Assembly: GCA_044222185.1 (NCBI GenBank)
Contig: JBGANV010000009.1
Coordinates: forward strand, 96,001 to 160,000
Length of the DNA: 64,000 bases
Direction of reading: 5' to 3'
DNA from: Planctomycetota bacterium
Lineage (GTDB): Bacteria > Planctomycetota > GCA-002687715 > CAIWVZ01
Shown here in pieces: positions 1-10,300 of this stretch; positions within the stretch are counted from its first letter, which is position 1; each line of letters opens with the position of its first letter. Below the pieces are notes generated by a model, which saw only the letters and a program-made list of their open reading frames with translations, was not told where the DNA came from and did no database searches. Made by a program: the position numbers and the translations under genes.

Positions 1-2
1 GC

Positions 3-3000
3 GCGAATTGCCTCGGCGTAGTTCCCAACGTCATCGGTGACGTCCAGGCGACAGACAATTGCGCCGTCGGGCCGACGATCACGCAGTCGCCACCGGCCGG
101 ATCGCTTCTCGGCCTCGGGACTCACACGATCGTGATTTCGATCTCTGACTCCTGCAACACGATCACGTGCAACAAGTCAGTGACGATGGTGGACACGACT
201 CCGCCGTCGATCCTCTGCAACGTCGGCTCCGCCACCGTCGATCTCGATTCGGTCTGCCACGCGCTCGTGCCGAACTTCGTGCCGACCGTCACCGCGAGCG
301 ACACGTGCTCGACGCCTGTCGTCGTGACGCAGAACCCGCCCGCAAACGATCTGCTCACGGGGCCGACGGCACCGGGCAGCCCGATCCTCGTGCAGATGAA
401 AGCGACCGACGCCGCAGGCAACGTCGCGATCTGCACCGTCGCGTTGCGCGTGCGTGACGTCACGCCGCCGACCATCACCTGCAACGTCGCATCGAGCAAG
501 GTCTTCGTCGGCCCGGCATGCACCGCCACGATGCCCGACCTCCGCGGCTTCGTGACTGCGAACGACAACTGCAACACGGTGACCCCGGTCCTGGTCTCGC
601 AGGCTCCGGCCCCGGGCACGGCGCTCACCACGACGCAGCCGATGCCCAACCAGCTCACCGTCGTCTTCACGGCGACGGACGGAAGCAACCTGACGGCGAC
701 TTGCTCGATGCTGTTCGACCTCATCGACAACACGCCGCCGACGGTTACCGCTGGCACGATCTCGTCTTGCTACCCGACGGTTGCTGCCGCCGAGGCCGCC
801 GCCATCGCCGCGACGACCGCCGTCGACAACTGCGACCCGAGCGTCGCGAAGACCGCGACGACGAGCGGGACTTGCTCGGCCACGATCACGGTCACGGGAA
901 CGGACGACACCGGCAATTTCGCCACCGCCGTCTACTCGACGCGGATCGACAACACGGCACCCGTCGCGATCTCCACGGGCCCGATCGGCACGTGCTACCC
1001 GACGGTCGGAGCCGCGCAGGCCGCCGCTCTGATGAACTCCTCTGCGACCGACAACTGCATGGGCCCGCTGGCGCCCAGCGTGTCGACCTCAGGGACGTGC
1101 TCGGCGGTGGTGACGGTGACGTTCGCGGACGGGTGCGGCAACGTTTCGAACGTGCTGACCTACAACACGCGGATCGACAACGCATCGCCGACTGCCGACC
1201 AGGCTTCTGGCGCCCTCGACGCCGCGCTCCAGTGCAGCGACCTCGCAGGGATCTCGGCGGCATTGGCGCAGGCCCCGACGTTCACCGACAACTGCACCGC
1301 GGCGCCGACCGTCACGATGACTGGCGACAACACGGTGGCGGGATCGTGCGCGAATGCCTACACGAGGACGCGAACCTGGACCGCCAGTGACTCCTGCAGC
1401 AACGTCAGCGCCGTCTACACGCAGACCATCACGGTGGTCGACACGACGGCGCCGGTAGCGACGACGACGTCTGGGGCGCTGGACGTAACGATCCAGTGCA
1501 GCGATGCGGCCGGTCTCTCGGCCGCGCTCGGCATGGCGCCGGCGTTCTCCGACAACTGCACCGCCGTTCCGACGTTGAATGGGCCGACGGACTCGACGAC
1601 GTCGAATCCTCCGTGCCCGAACGCCTACACGCGCACCCGGACTTGGACCGCGAGCGACGGCTGTGGCAACACCAGCGCGATCTTCACGCAGACGATCACG
1701 GTGATCGACACGGTCGCGCCGGTCGTCACGACGCCTACCGGCAGCCTGGATGCGACCCTCCAGTGCAGCGATACGGCCGGGATCGCGGCTGCCGTCGCTG
1801 CGGTGCCGTCTGCCAGCGACAACTGCACGGCGTCCCCCACTCTCGTGCCCATCAGTGATGTCACGACGGGAAGCATGACGTGCGCCAACGCGTACGTTCG
1901 CGTCCGGACGTGGAACTTCACGGATGGCTGCAGCAACACGAGTGCGAACTTCGTGCAGACCATCACCGTTGTCGATACGACGGCGCCCCAGGCCACGACG
2001 GCCCCCGGCGCACTCGACGTGACCGTGCAATGCAACGACGTGAGCGGGCTGAACGCGGCCCTCGCCATGACACCGGTCTTCACGGACAACTGCACGGCGT
2101 CGCCGACGGTGTCGATGCAGACGGACGTCACTACGCCGGGAAGCTGCGCCAACGCCTACACGCGCACACGCACGTGGACGGCCAGCGACGGCTGCAGCAA
2201 CACGAGCGCCGTGTTCACGCAGGTGATCACGGTCGTCGACACGACGGCCCCAGTGGTGACGACGGTCGCCGGGAGCCTGGATGCGACAGTGCAGTGCAGC
2301 GACGCGCCAGGCCTTGCCGCCGCGCTCGCCCTCGCCCCGTCGGCGACGGACAACTGCACAGTCGGCCTCGTGCCGAACCTCGTGAGCGACAACACGGTGG
2401 CGACGCCTGGTTGTGCAAACACGTACGTCCGCACCCGCGTGTGGAATTTCAACGACGGCTGCACGAACGTCAGCGCGTCCTTCACGCAGCTCATCACCGT
2501 CATCGACACTCAGGGACCAACGTGGGCCACGTTCCCGGCGGACCAGACGCTCGCGTGCAACCTGCCGCGCGACCCGTGGGCGACGGGCACCCCGACGGCG
2601 ACCGATACCTGTGGGGCCGTGACGATCTCGTACAACGACGATCGTTCCACACTCAATCTGTGCAACTCGACCGGGTTCATCACGCGGACCTGGACTGCGA
2701 CCGACGGCTGCGGCAACACGACGAACCAGAACCAGATCATCAACGTGTTCGATTCGATCGCGCCCGTGCTCGTCACTCCGTGCCCCGCGAACATCCCGGT
2801 TCCTGCCGACCTGAACTCCTGTGCCGCCGTCGTGAACTTCACGCCGCCAACGGCCGTGGACGTCTGCTACGACCAGGGGTTCGAGGACGCCGGCTTCCTG
2901 GCGGATCCGCTCGGACGGTCGACGGACTGGAGCTACGACAACAGCGCCGTTCTCCGCGCGTTGAGCGGGACCGACGGCATCACGTCGGCCACGGGTTCGG

Positions 3001-6000
3001 CACACGCGGTCCTCGACTCGACTGCGCCCCCGAGCTTCACCGGCGCGTTCTCACGCCTTGGTGGGTACAACCCGACCTTCGGCACGGGATTCAAGACGTC
3101 GGTGGACATCTATCTCGATATGGCGAATCCGGCGGTGAGCGCCCCGTCGCCAACCTACGGGTGGGACGTGTCGTCCGCGGTGAGCAATCAGGCGAACGGC
3201 CACCGCCGCGACTTCATCTTCCATGCGGCCTCGTACACGTCAGGGACGATCACGATCGGTGCCAGCAACAACTCGAACTTCACGCGTAGGAACGACCTGC
3301 TTTCGATCAACCACATCACCCTGAACACCTCCGGTTGGTACACGTTCGAGTGGAACTACCGGAACCAAGCCGGGCAGCTTGCCGTCGACATGACGGTTCG
3401 CCCGCTGGCGGGGACTGTCGTGTTCACCGAGGTTCGTACCGACCCATCGGATCTGATCGCGACGATCGTCGGCGGAAGCCGCTACATGTGGTTCACCTTC
3501 CTCGAGGTGGACAAGCTCGCGATCGACAACACGCGGCTCGAGCGCAACGTGGCGATGACGTGCTCGGCATCGAGTGGCTCGTCGTTCCCCGTGGGGACGA
3601 CGCCGGTCACCTGCAATGGTGTGGACGCCTGCGGCAACCCGGTTTCGTGCGGATTCTCGGTGACCGTGACCGACACGCAGCTGCCGTCGATCACCTGCCC
3701 GGGCACGATCCAGGTCGAGTGTTCGTCGCCGATTCCGCCACCAGCGGCCGACCTGCTCGCATTCCAGGGGCTGGGCGGCTCCGCGTCCGACAACTGCCTG
3801 GGCGTGAACGTCACCTGGGTCAGCGACGTCGGATCGCCTCCGGGCTCCGGTTGCGGGAACTACGACATCATCCGCACCTACATCGCGACCGACGCCGCGA
3901 ACAACACCCAGCCGTGCACCCAGACGATCGAGGTCCGTGACACGACGCCGCCGTCGATCACGACTTCCGCTGGCGCTCTGGATGGGACGTTCCAGTGCAG
4001 CAACCTGGCCGGCATCAACCTCGCGTTGGCACTGGCCCCAGCGGCGACCGACAACTGCACGCCGTCACTGACGCCGATCCCGGTGTCGGACAACACGACG
4101 GTGAACCCCTCGTGTGCGAACGCCTACGTGCGCGTCCGCACCTGGAAGTTCACGGATCTCTGCAACAACGACAGCGGTGTCTTCACGCAGACGATCACGG
4201 TGGTCGATACGACCGCGCCTGTGGCGACGACGGCGGCTGGGGCGCTGGATGTGACGATCCAGTGCAACGACGGCCCCGGCCTTTCGGCCGCGATCGGCAT
4301 GGCCCCGGTCTTCTCCGACAACTGCACGGCCGTTCCGACGCTGAGTCCTCCGACGAATTCGGTCACGTTCAGTCCCTCGTGCCCGAACGCCTACACGCAA
4401 ACGCGGACCTGGACGGCGAGCGATGGCTGCGGCAACACGAGCGCGATCTTCACGCAGACGATCACGGTGATCGACACGATCGCGCCTGTCGTGACGACCG
4501 TCGCGGGCAGCCTGGATGCGACGCTTCAGTGCAGCGACACGGCCGGGATCGCCGCCGCGGCCGCCGCGCTTCCGTCCGCCACCGACAACTGCACGGCGTC
4601 GCCGACGCGCGTGCTGGTCAGTGACCTCACGACGGGCAGCATGACGTGCGCCAACGCGTACGTCCGCGTCCGGACGTGGAACTTCACGGACGGCTGCAGC
4701 AACACCAGTGCGAACTTCGTGCAGACCATCACCGTGGTGGACACGACCGCGCCCCAGGCCACGACCGCTCCGGGTGCGCTCGACGTGACCCTGCAGTGCA
4801 GCGACGCGAGCGGCCTTGCCGCGGCTCTCACCATGGCGCCGGTATTCACCGACAACTGCACGATGTCGCCGGTGCTGAGCCTGCCGACCGACGTCACGAC
4901 GCAGAACCCGCCGTGCCCGAACGCCTACACGCGCACCCGCGCGTGGACGGCGAGCGACGGCTGCGGAAACACGAGCGCTGTCTTCACGCAAGTGATCACG
5001 GTGATCGACACCGTTGCCCCGGTCGCCAGCGGTAGCCCGATCGCTGCTTGGTACCCGAGCCAGGCGGCTGCGGGCTCGGCCGCGGAAGCGGCAACCTCTG
5101 CGACGGACAATTGCACCGCTACACCCACCCGAAACATCTCGTTCTCGGGTTCCGGATGCTCACTGACGATCACCGTGACGTTCACGGACGGCTGCAGCAA
5201 CACGTCGAACGCCATCGTTTACAACACGGTGATCGACGGCACCGACCCGGTGATCTCCGGCTGCCCGGCGAACCAGGTCTACAACGCGGCGCCGGGCGAG
5301 TGCTCGCACGTGTTCACGTGGACGCCGCCGACGGCGACGGACAACTGCTCGCTCGCGACCTTCACCTCGAACCACGCACCGGGCGAGGTCTTCCTCCCCG
5401 GCACCACGACCGTCACCTACACGGCGACGGATGCGTGTGGACACGTCTCGATCTGCAGCTTCACGCTGACGATCAACGGAGACTTCGGCCACGTCGAGTG
5501 CTACCCGACGGGCACGGCGCCGGCGGAGGTGGCGGTGGCGGAACTCGGTGTCGCGGGTAACACCACGGCTACGGGCCTGCCGGCGGGCAAGGACATCGTC
5601 ACGGCCGACAGCGGCAGCGACAGCCTGACCGTTCGGTTCAACGACGGGACGGGCAACTTCAGTGCCAGCTCGACGACGATCCTGTTGAGCAACGGCGACA
5701 CGCCGGTCGCAGTGGTCGTGGGAAGCTTCACTGCGAGCAGCATGGGCAAGGATCTGGCGGTGGCCTGCAAGGGCCGCGTCAGCCCGCCAGTGCCAAGCTC
5801 GGTGAAGTTCCTGCGGAACACGGGGGCCGGGTGGGTCTTCGACCACGCCGTGACGCTGGGCGCGCACACGAACCCGATCCAGATCGCAGCTGGGGACCTC
5901 GATCAGATCCCGGCGTCGTTCGACGATCTGGCGGTGGTGTGCCAGGGCACGCTGTTCACGCCGGGAACGGCGGGAATGGGCGTGATCCTGAACAGCGCGG

Positions 6001-7130
6001 CGTACACGATCCTGGATACCTCGACGGGTGGCTACACGCCGCAAGACGTGGCCATCGGTGACCTGAACGGCATCCAGGACGGCGTGATGGACGTCGTGGC
6101 AGTCGAAGAGGGTGGCGCGATCGTGTCGCCCAACCGTGTGTCGCTCTACATGGGCATCGGTGGTGGTTCGTTCTTGCCGCGAGCGTTCATGAACACGTCG
6201 GCTGAGCCGTACGCGGTGTGCGCGGCTGACATGGACGGCGATGGCCTGACGAACGACCTGGTCTTTGGGACCGACGGCACGGTGATCGGCGGCCAGGGCC
6301 GCGTCGAAGTGCGCAAGAACCTGAAGTCCGGAGCGGGCCTGAGCGCAGCAACGTTCGCGGCGGCCTCGAACACGACGTTCATCGGACCGGCGTCCGGCCC
6401 GGCAGACGACGGGTTCAACCCGCGCGATCTGGCGTGTGGCGACCTGCAACGCGACACGCTGCGTCGCCTGCCACCGGGAAGCCCGGCGTACTTCGCGTCG
6501 CAAGACGTGGTGACGGCGAACTTCTCGGGTGTGGGTGGATCGGTCTCGATCGGGGACAGCTACAACACGACGACCAACGCGTTCCGTTCGCAGACGAGCA
6601 TCTGCAACATCGTGGGGATCGCTTCGGCTGTGGCCCTCGCCGACGTGGACGGCGACACGCTGGAAGACATCATCGTCACGGATCAGGCAACGAACGGGAA
6701 CAAGGTGTGCGTGATCTACTCGCGCGTCCGTGCGCTGGCGACGCCGTTCGGCGCCGGCTGCCCGGGTACGGCGGGCCTGACCCCGCTGCTGCAAGGCAAC
6801 AACCTGGCGGTGATGGGACAGGTGGCGACGGTGGATCTCAGCCTCGCGCGTCCGAACACGGCGGTCGTGTTGGGCGTGTCGGCGGCCATCCAGGAGACGC
6901 AGCTCCTGCCGTCGGCGTGCGTGGTGTACCTCGCGAACCCGATCTTCACGTTCTCCGGCTTGATCACGAACGGCGCCGGCAACATGACGTTCGCGTTCGC
7001 CGTGCCCAACGTGCCGAGCCCGTTCCTCGGAGCCGAGGTCTACTTCCAGGCCGCAGTCTCCGATCCGTTCGGCTCCTACCTCAGCACGCTCGCGTTCAGC
7101 AACGCCCTCCGCGTTCGCCTCGGGTTCTGA
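3..7130 (+). CDS. Giant secreted Cys/Thr-rich repeat protein (HYR-like repeats, inserted jelly-roll-like domain, FG-GAP/VCBS-like region, shared C-terminal domain); 5'-truncated by the window edge
   Basis: The frame is open from nt 3 (ANCLGVVPNVIGDVQATDNC...), so the listed start at 132 is not the true start. About 18 units are delimited by DTTxP...DNC...RTW...D.C.N. The C-terminal part has GDL(D/N), ADMDGDG and ADVDGD motifs. Stop TGA at 7128-7130. Confidence 0.9.
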   Translation, partial: ANCLGVVPNVIGDVQATDNCAVGPTITQSPPAGSLLGLGTHTIVISISDSCNTITCNKSVTMVDTTPPSILCNVGSATVDLDSVCHALVPNFVPTVTASDTCSTPVVVTQNPPANDLLTGPTAPGSPILVQMKATDAAGNVAICTVALRVRDVTPPTITCNVASSKVFVGPACTATMPDLRGFVTANDNCNTVTPVLVSQAPAPGTALTTTQPMPNQLTVVFTATDGSNLTATCSMLFDLIDNTPPTVTAGTISSCYPTVAAAEAAAIAATTAVDNCDPSVAKTATTSGTCSATITVTGTDDTGNFATAVYSTRIDNTAPVAISTGPIGTCYPTVGAAQAAALMNSSATDNCMGPLAPSVSTSGTCSAVVTVTFADGCGNVSNVLTYNTRIDNASPTADQASGALDAALQCSDLAGISAALAQAPTFTDNCTAAPTVTMTGDNTVAGSCANAYTRTRTWTASDSCSNVSAVYTQTITVVDTTAPVATTTSGALDVTIQCSDAAGLSAALGMAPAFSDNCTAVPTLNGPTDSTTSNPPCPNAYTRTRTWTASDGCGNTSAIFTQTITVIDTVAPVVTTPTGSLDATLQCSDTAGIAAAVAAVPSASDNCTASPTLVPISDVTTGSMTCANAYVRVRTWNFTDGCSNTSANFVQTITVVDTTAPQATTAPGALDVTVQCNDVSGLNAALAMTPVFTDNCTASPTVSMQTDVTTPGSCANAYTRTRTWTASDGCSNTSAVFTQVITVVDTTAPVVTTVAGSLDATVQCSDAPGLAAALALAPSATDNCTVGLVPNLVSDNTVATPGCANTYVRTRVWNFNDGCTNVSASFTQLITVIDTQGPTWATFPADQTLACNLPRDPWATGTPTATDTCGAVTISYNDDRSTLNLCNSTGFITRTWTATDGCGNTTNQNQIINVFDSIAPVLVTPCPANIPVPADLNSCAAVVNFTPPTAVDVCYDQGFEDAGFLADPLGRSTDWSYDNSAVLRALSGTDGITSATGSAHAVLDSTAPPSFTGAFSRLGGYNPTFGTGFKTSVDIYLDMANPAVSAPSPTYGWDVSSAVSNQANGHRRDFIFHAASYTSGTITIGASNNSNFTRRNDLLSINHITLNTSGWYTFEWNYRNQAGQLAVDMTVRPLAGTVVFTEVRTDPSDLIATIVGGSRYMWFTFLEVDKLAIDNTRLERNVAMTCSASSGSSFPVGTTPVTCNGVDACGNPVSCGFSVTVTDTQLPSITCPGTIQVECSSPIPPPAADLLAFQGLGGSASDNCLGVNVTWVSDVGSPPGSGCGNYDIIRTYIATDAANNTQPCTQTIEVRDTTPPSITTSAGALDGTFQCSNLAGINLALALAPAATDNCTPSLTPIPVSDNTTVNPSCANAYVRVRTWKFTDLCNNDSGVFTQTITVVDTTAPVATTAAGALDVTIQCNDGPGLSAAIGMAPVFSDNCTAVPTLSPPTNSVTFSPSCPNAYTQTRTWTASDGCGNTSAIFTQTITVIDTIAPVVTTVAGSLDATLQCSDTAGIAAAAAALPSATDNCTASPTRVLVSDLTTGSMTCANAYVRVRTWNFTDGCSNTSANFVQTITVVDTTAPQATTAPGALDVTLQCSDASGLAAALTMAPVFTDNCTMSPVLSLPTDVTTQNPPCPNAYTRTRAWTASDGCGNTSAVFTQVITVIDTVAPVASGSPIAAWYPSQAAAGSAAEAATSATDNCTATPTRNISFSGSGCSLTITVTFTDGCSNTSNAIVYNTVIDGTDPVISGCPANQVYNAAPGECSHVFTWTPPTATDNCSLATFTSNHAPGEVFLPGTTTVTYTATDACGHVSICSFTLTINGDFGHVECYPTGTAPAEVAVAELGVAGNTTATGLPAGKDIVTADSGSDSLTVRFNDGTGNFSASSTTILLSNGDTPVAVVVGSFTASSMGKDLAVACKGRVSPPVPSSVKFLRNTGAGWVFDHAVTLGAHTNPIQIAAGDLDQIPASFDDLAVVCQGTLFTPGTAGMGVILNSAAYTILDTSTGGYTPQDVAIGDLNGIQDGVMDVVAVEEGGAIVSPNRVSLYMGIGGGSFLPRAFMNTSAEPYAVCAADMDGDGLTNDLVFGTDGTVIGGQGRVEVRKNLKSGAGLSAATFAAASNTTFIGPASGPADDGFNPRDLACGDLQRDTLRRLPPGSPAYFASQDVVTANFSGVGGSVSIGDSYNTTTNAFRSQTSICNIVGIASAVALADVDGDTLEDIIVTDQATNGNKVCVIYSRVRALATPFGAGCPGTAGLTPLLQGNNLAVMGQVATVDLSLARPNTAVVLGVSAAIQETQLLPSACVVYLANPIFTFSGLITNGAGNMTFAFAVPNVPSPFLGAEVYFQAAVSDPFGSYLSTLAFSNALRVRLGF

Positions 7131-7374
7131 TCCCCAGACGGCTCGTACCCCCCGCTTGACTCACGCCTCGAGTCGCCGGGGGGTGCGCGCCGCGCGCGCC
7201 CCCATCCGGGGAACGCGCCGTTTGCAAGTCAGTCCATGCGGCGTCGAGGCCGCAGTCGCATCAGGCCACCTTCGAATGCGGAGGTGGCCCGGTTCGTAAG
7301 AACGGGGCCCGCGCCCGCGAACACAACACGACAGATTCAATTTCCCGTTGTCCCGATTTCCGACAGGGTCTCCG

Positions 7375-10300
7375 ATGTCACCACGCAAGCCTGGCTCTGA
7401 CGCGTTTCGCGCTGCATGCGCGCTCGCGCTCGTAGCAACCATCTCGATCTCGTCGATCGCACAGTCCACGCAGGTGAAGGACATCAACCCGGGAGCAGCG
7501 CACTCGTTGCTCAATGGGCCGAAGTTCATCGTGTTCGGCGGGTTCACCTACTTCCGCGCGACGGATGGCGTGAACGGCGTCGAGCTCTGGCGGACCGACG
7601 GGACCACCGGCAACACGACCCTCGTGATGGACGTCAACCCGGGCTCTGCGTCGTCCTTCCCGGACAACTTCGCCGTCGTCGGATCCAATCTCTTCTTCAC
7701 CGCGACTACGGCCGCGGCGGGGAACGAGCTTTGGAAGACGGACGGTGTCACGACGCAACTCGTGAAGGACATCAACCCGGGCGCAACGGGTTCGTCTCCA
7801 GGGGACCTGGTGGAGATGGGCGGCAGCCTCTATTTCGCCGCCGACGATGGCACGACGGGCCGCGAGCTGTGGACATCCGACGGTACGCTCGGCGGCACGT
7901 TCCTGCTGAAGGACATCGCCCCGGGCCAGATCATCTTCTTCCCGCCGTTCAGCTCGAACCCGCGCTTCCTGACGACGATCGGGAGCACGGTCTACTTCAG
8001 TGCTGACGACAAGCTCACGGGAACGGAGCTCTGGAAGACCAACGGAACCCCCGGTGGCACGGTCCTGGTGAAGGACATCTTCCCCGGCAACACGTTTGGA
8101 CCGAACGCGTCGAACCCGGAGTTCCTCACCGCCGTCGGGACGACGTTGTTCTTCCGCGCGACCGACGGCGTGAACAACGTCGAGCTGTGGCGCAGCAACG
8201 GCACCGCCGGCACGACGGTTCTCGTCCAGGACATCAATCCCGCGGCAGGCACCTCCCTTCCGCAGGAACTGAAGGCCGTCGGGACGACGCTCTTCTTCCA
8301 AGCCGATGACGGCACGAACGGTGCCGAACTCTGGAAGTGCGCTCCGCCGTACACCTCCGCTGCGCTCGTCAAGGACATTTCGCCGGGCGCGAACCCGAGC
8401 ACGCCGATCGAGCTCGCGAACGTCAACGGCGTCCTCTACTTCCAGGCTGATGACGGCACGAACGGTGCCGAACTCTGGAAGAGCGACGGAACGACCGGTG
8501 GCACCGTGATGGTGAAGAACATCGACCCGAGCACGTTCCCAGTTCCAGGCTCGGGCTTCCCGATGAACATCGTGGCCGTGGGAGTCTGCGGCGCGGTGTT
8601 CAGCGCGAACGATGGCACCGGCTTCGAGCTGTGGCGTACGGACGGAACTGCCGCAGGAACGATCCGCGTGCAGGACATCCTCGCGGGCGCACAGGGCTCG
8701 ATGGATTTCGTCCGCCCCGAGTTCACGCTGTTCGGCACGGACGTTCTCTTCGCCGCGCGTCTGACCCAGGGCGTCGAGCCGTTCAAGGTCGCGCAGTCGG
8801 CAGTGGCCGGCGGCGCGCCCCTCATCACGGTGAATCCCCTCGGAGGTACGTTCTGCCCCGGTTCGACGATCGTTCTGAGCGTGACGGCGACCGGTGGCGG
8901 GCTTTCGTACCAGTGGCGCAAGAACACGGTCACCCTCGGAGGTGAGACGAACCCGACGCTGACCATCAACGGCGCCACGGCGGCGGATGATGGCTCGTAC
9001 GACGTCGTCGTCACGAGTTCCTGTGGGAGCGTGACGAGCACGGCAGCCGTCGTCGTCGTCGCCGACACTCAAGCCCCCGTCATCACGGCGACCGGCACCA
9101 CGCTGACGCTCGGATGCAATCCGACGCCGACACAGATCGACAACGCCCTCGGCACTGCGACGGCGACCGACAACTGCTCGTCGGTCACGCCCACGCCTTC
9201 GGATTCAGGCGTGACTTCCACGGGTTGCCAGCGTTCCCAGACGCGCACGTGGAATGCCGTCGACGCCAGCAGCAACGCCGCGACGCCGGTGTCGCGCACC
9301 GTCACGTGGACCGAAGACACGACCGCGCCCGTGATCACGGCGAGCGGCACGACGTTGACGCTGGGCTGCAACCCGAACGCGGGCGACATCGCGAACGCGC
9401 TCGGCACCGCGACGGCGAGCGACAACTGCGGCTCCGTCACGCCCAACGCGTCGACGGGCAGCGTGTCGATGTCCGGCTGCACGGCGAGCCAGACTCGCAC
9501 GTGGACGGCGTCAGACGCCTGCGGCAACCCGGCGACGCCGGTGTCGCGCACGGTGACGTGGACCGTCGACACGACGGCTCCCGTGATCACCGCGAGCGGA
9601 ACCACGTTGGCCTTGGGCTGCAACCCGAACGCGACGGACATCGAGGATGCGCTCGGCACTGCGACCGCGAGCGACAACTGCGGCCCAGTGACGCCAAGCG
9701 CGTCGACGGGCAGCGTGTCGACGTCCGGTTGCACGGCGAGCCAGACTCGCACGTGGACGGCGTCGGACGCCTGCGGGAACCCGGCAACGCCGGTGTCGCG
9801 CACGGTGACGTGGACCGTCGACACGACGGCCCCGGTGATCACCGCGAGCGGAACGACGTTGACGCTGGGCTGCAACCCGAACGCGACGGACATCGAGGAT
9901 GCACTCGGCACTGCGACCGCGAGCGACAACTGCGGCCCGGTGACGCCCACCGCGTCGACGGGCAGCGTGTCGATCTCTGGCTGCACGGCGACCCAGACTC
10001 GCACCTGGACGGCGTCGGATGCCTGCAGCAACCCGGCCACGCCGGTGTCACGCACGGTGACGTGGACGGTCGACACGACGGCTCCAGTGATCACCGCAAG
10101 CGGAACCACGTTGGCCTTGGGCTGCAACCCGAACGCGACGGACATCGAGGACGCACTCGGCACTGCGACCGCGAGCGACAACTGCGGCCCGGTGACGCCA
10201 AGCGCGTCGACGGGCAGCGTGTCGATCTCTGGCTGCACGGCGAGCCAGACGCGCACGTGGACGGCGTCGGATGCTTGCAGCAACCCGGCCACGCCGGTGT

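Noticed and set aside
2865-3548. Intein in the giant protein (insert preceded by Cys)
   Set aside because: No TxxH block and no terminal HN-(C/S/T). The Cys belongs to the HYR D-x-C motif.
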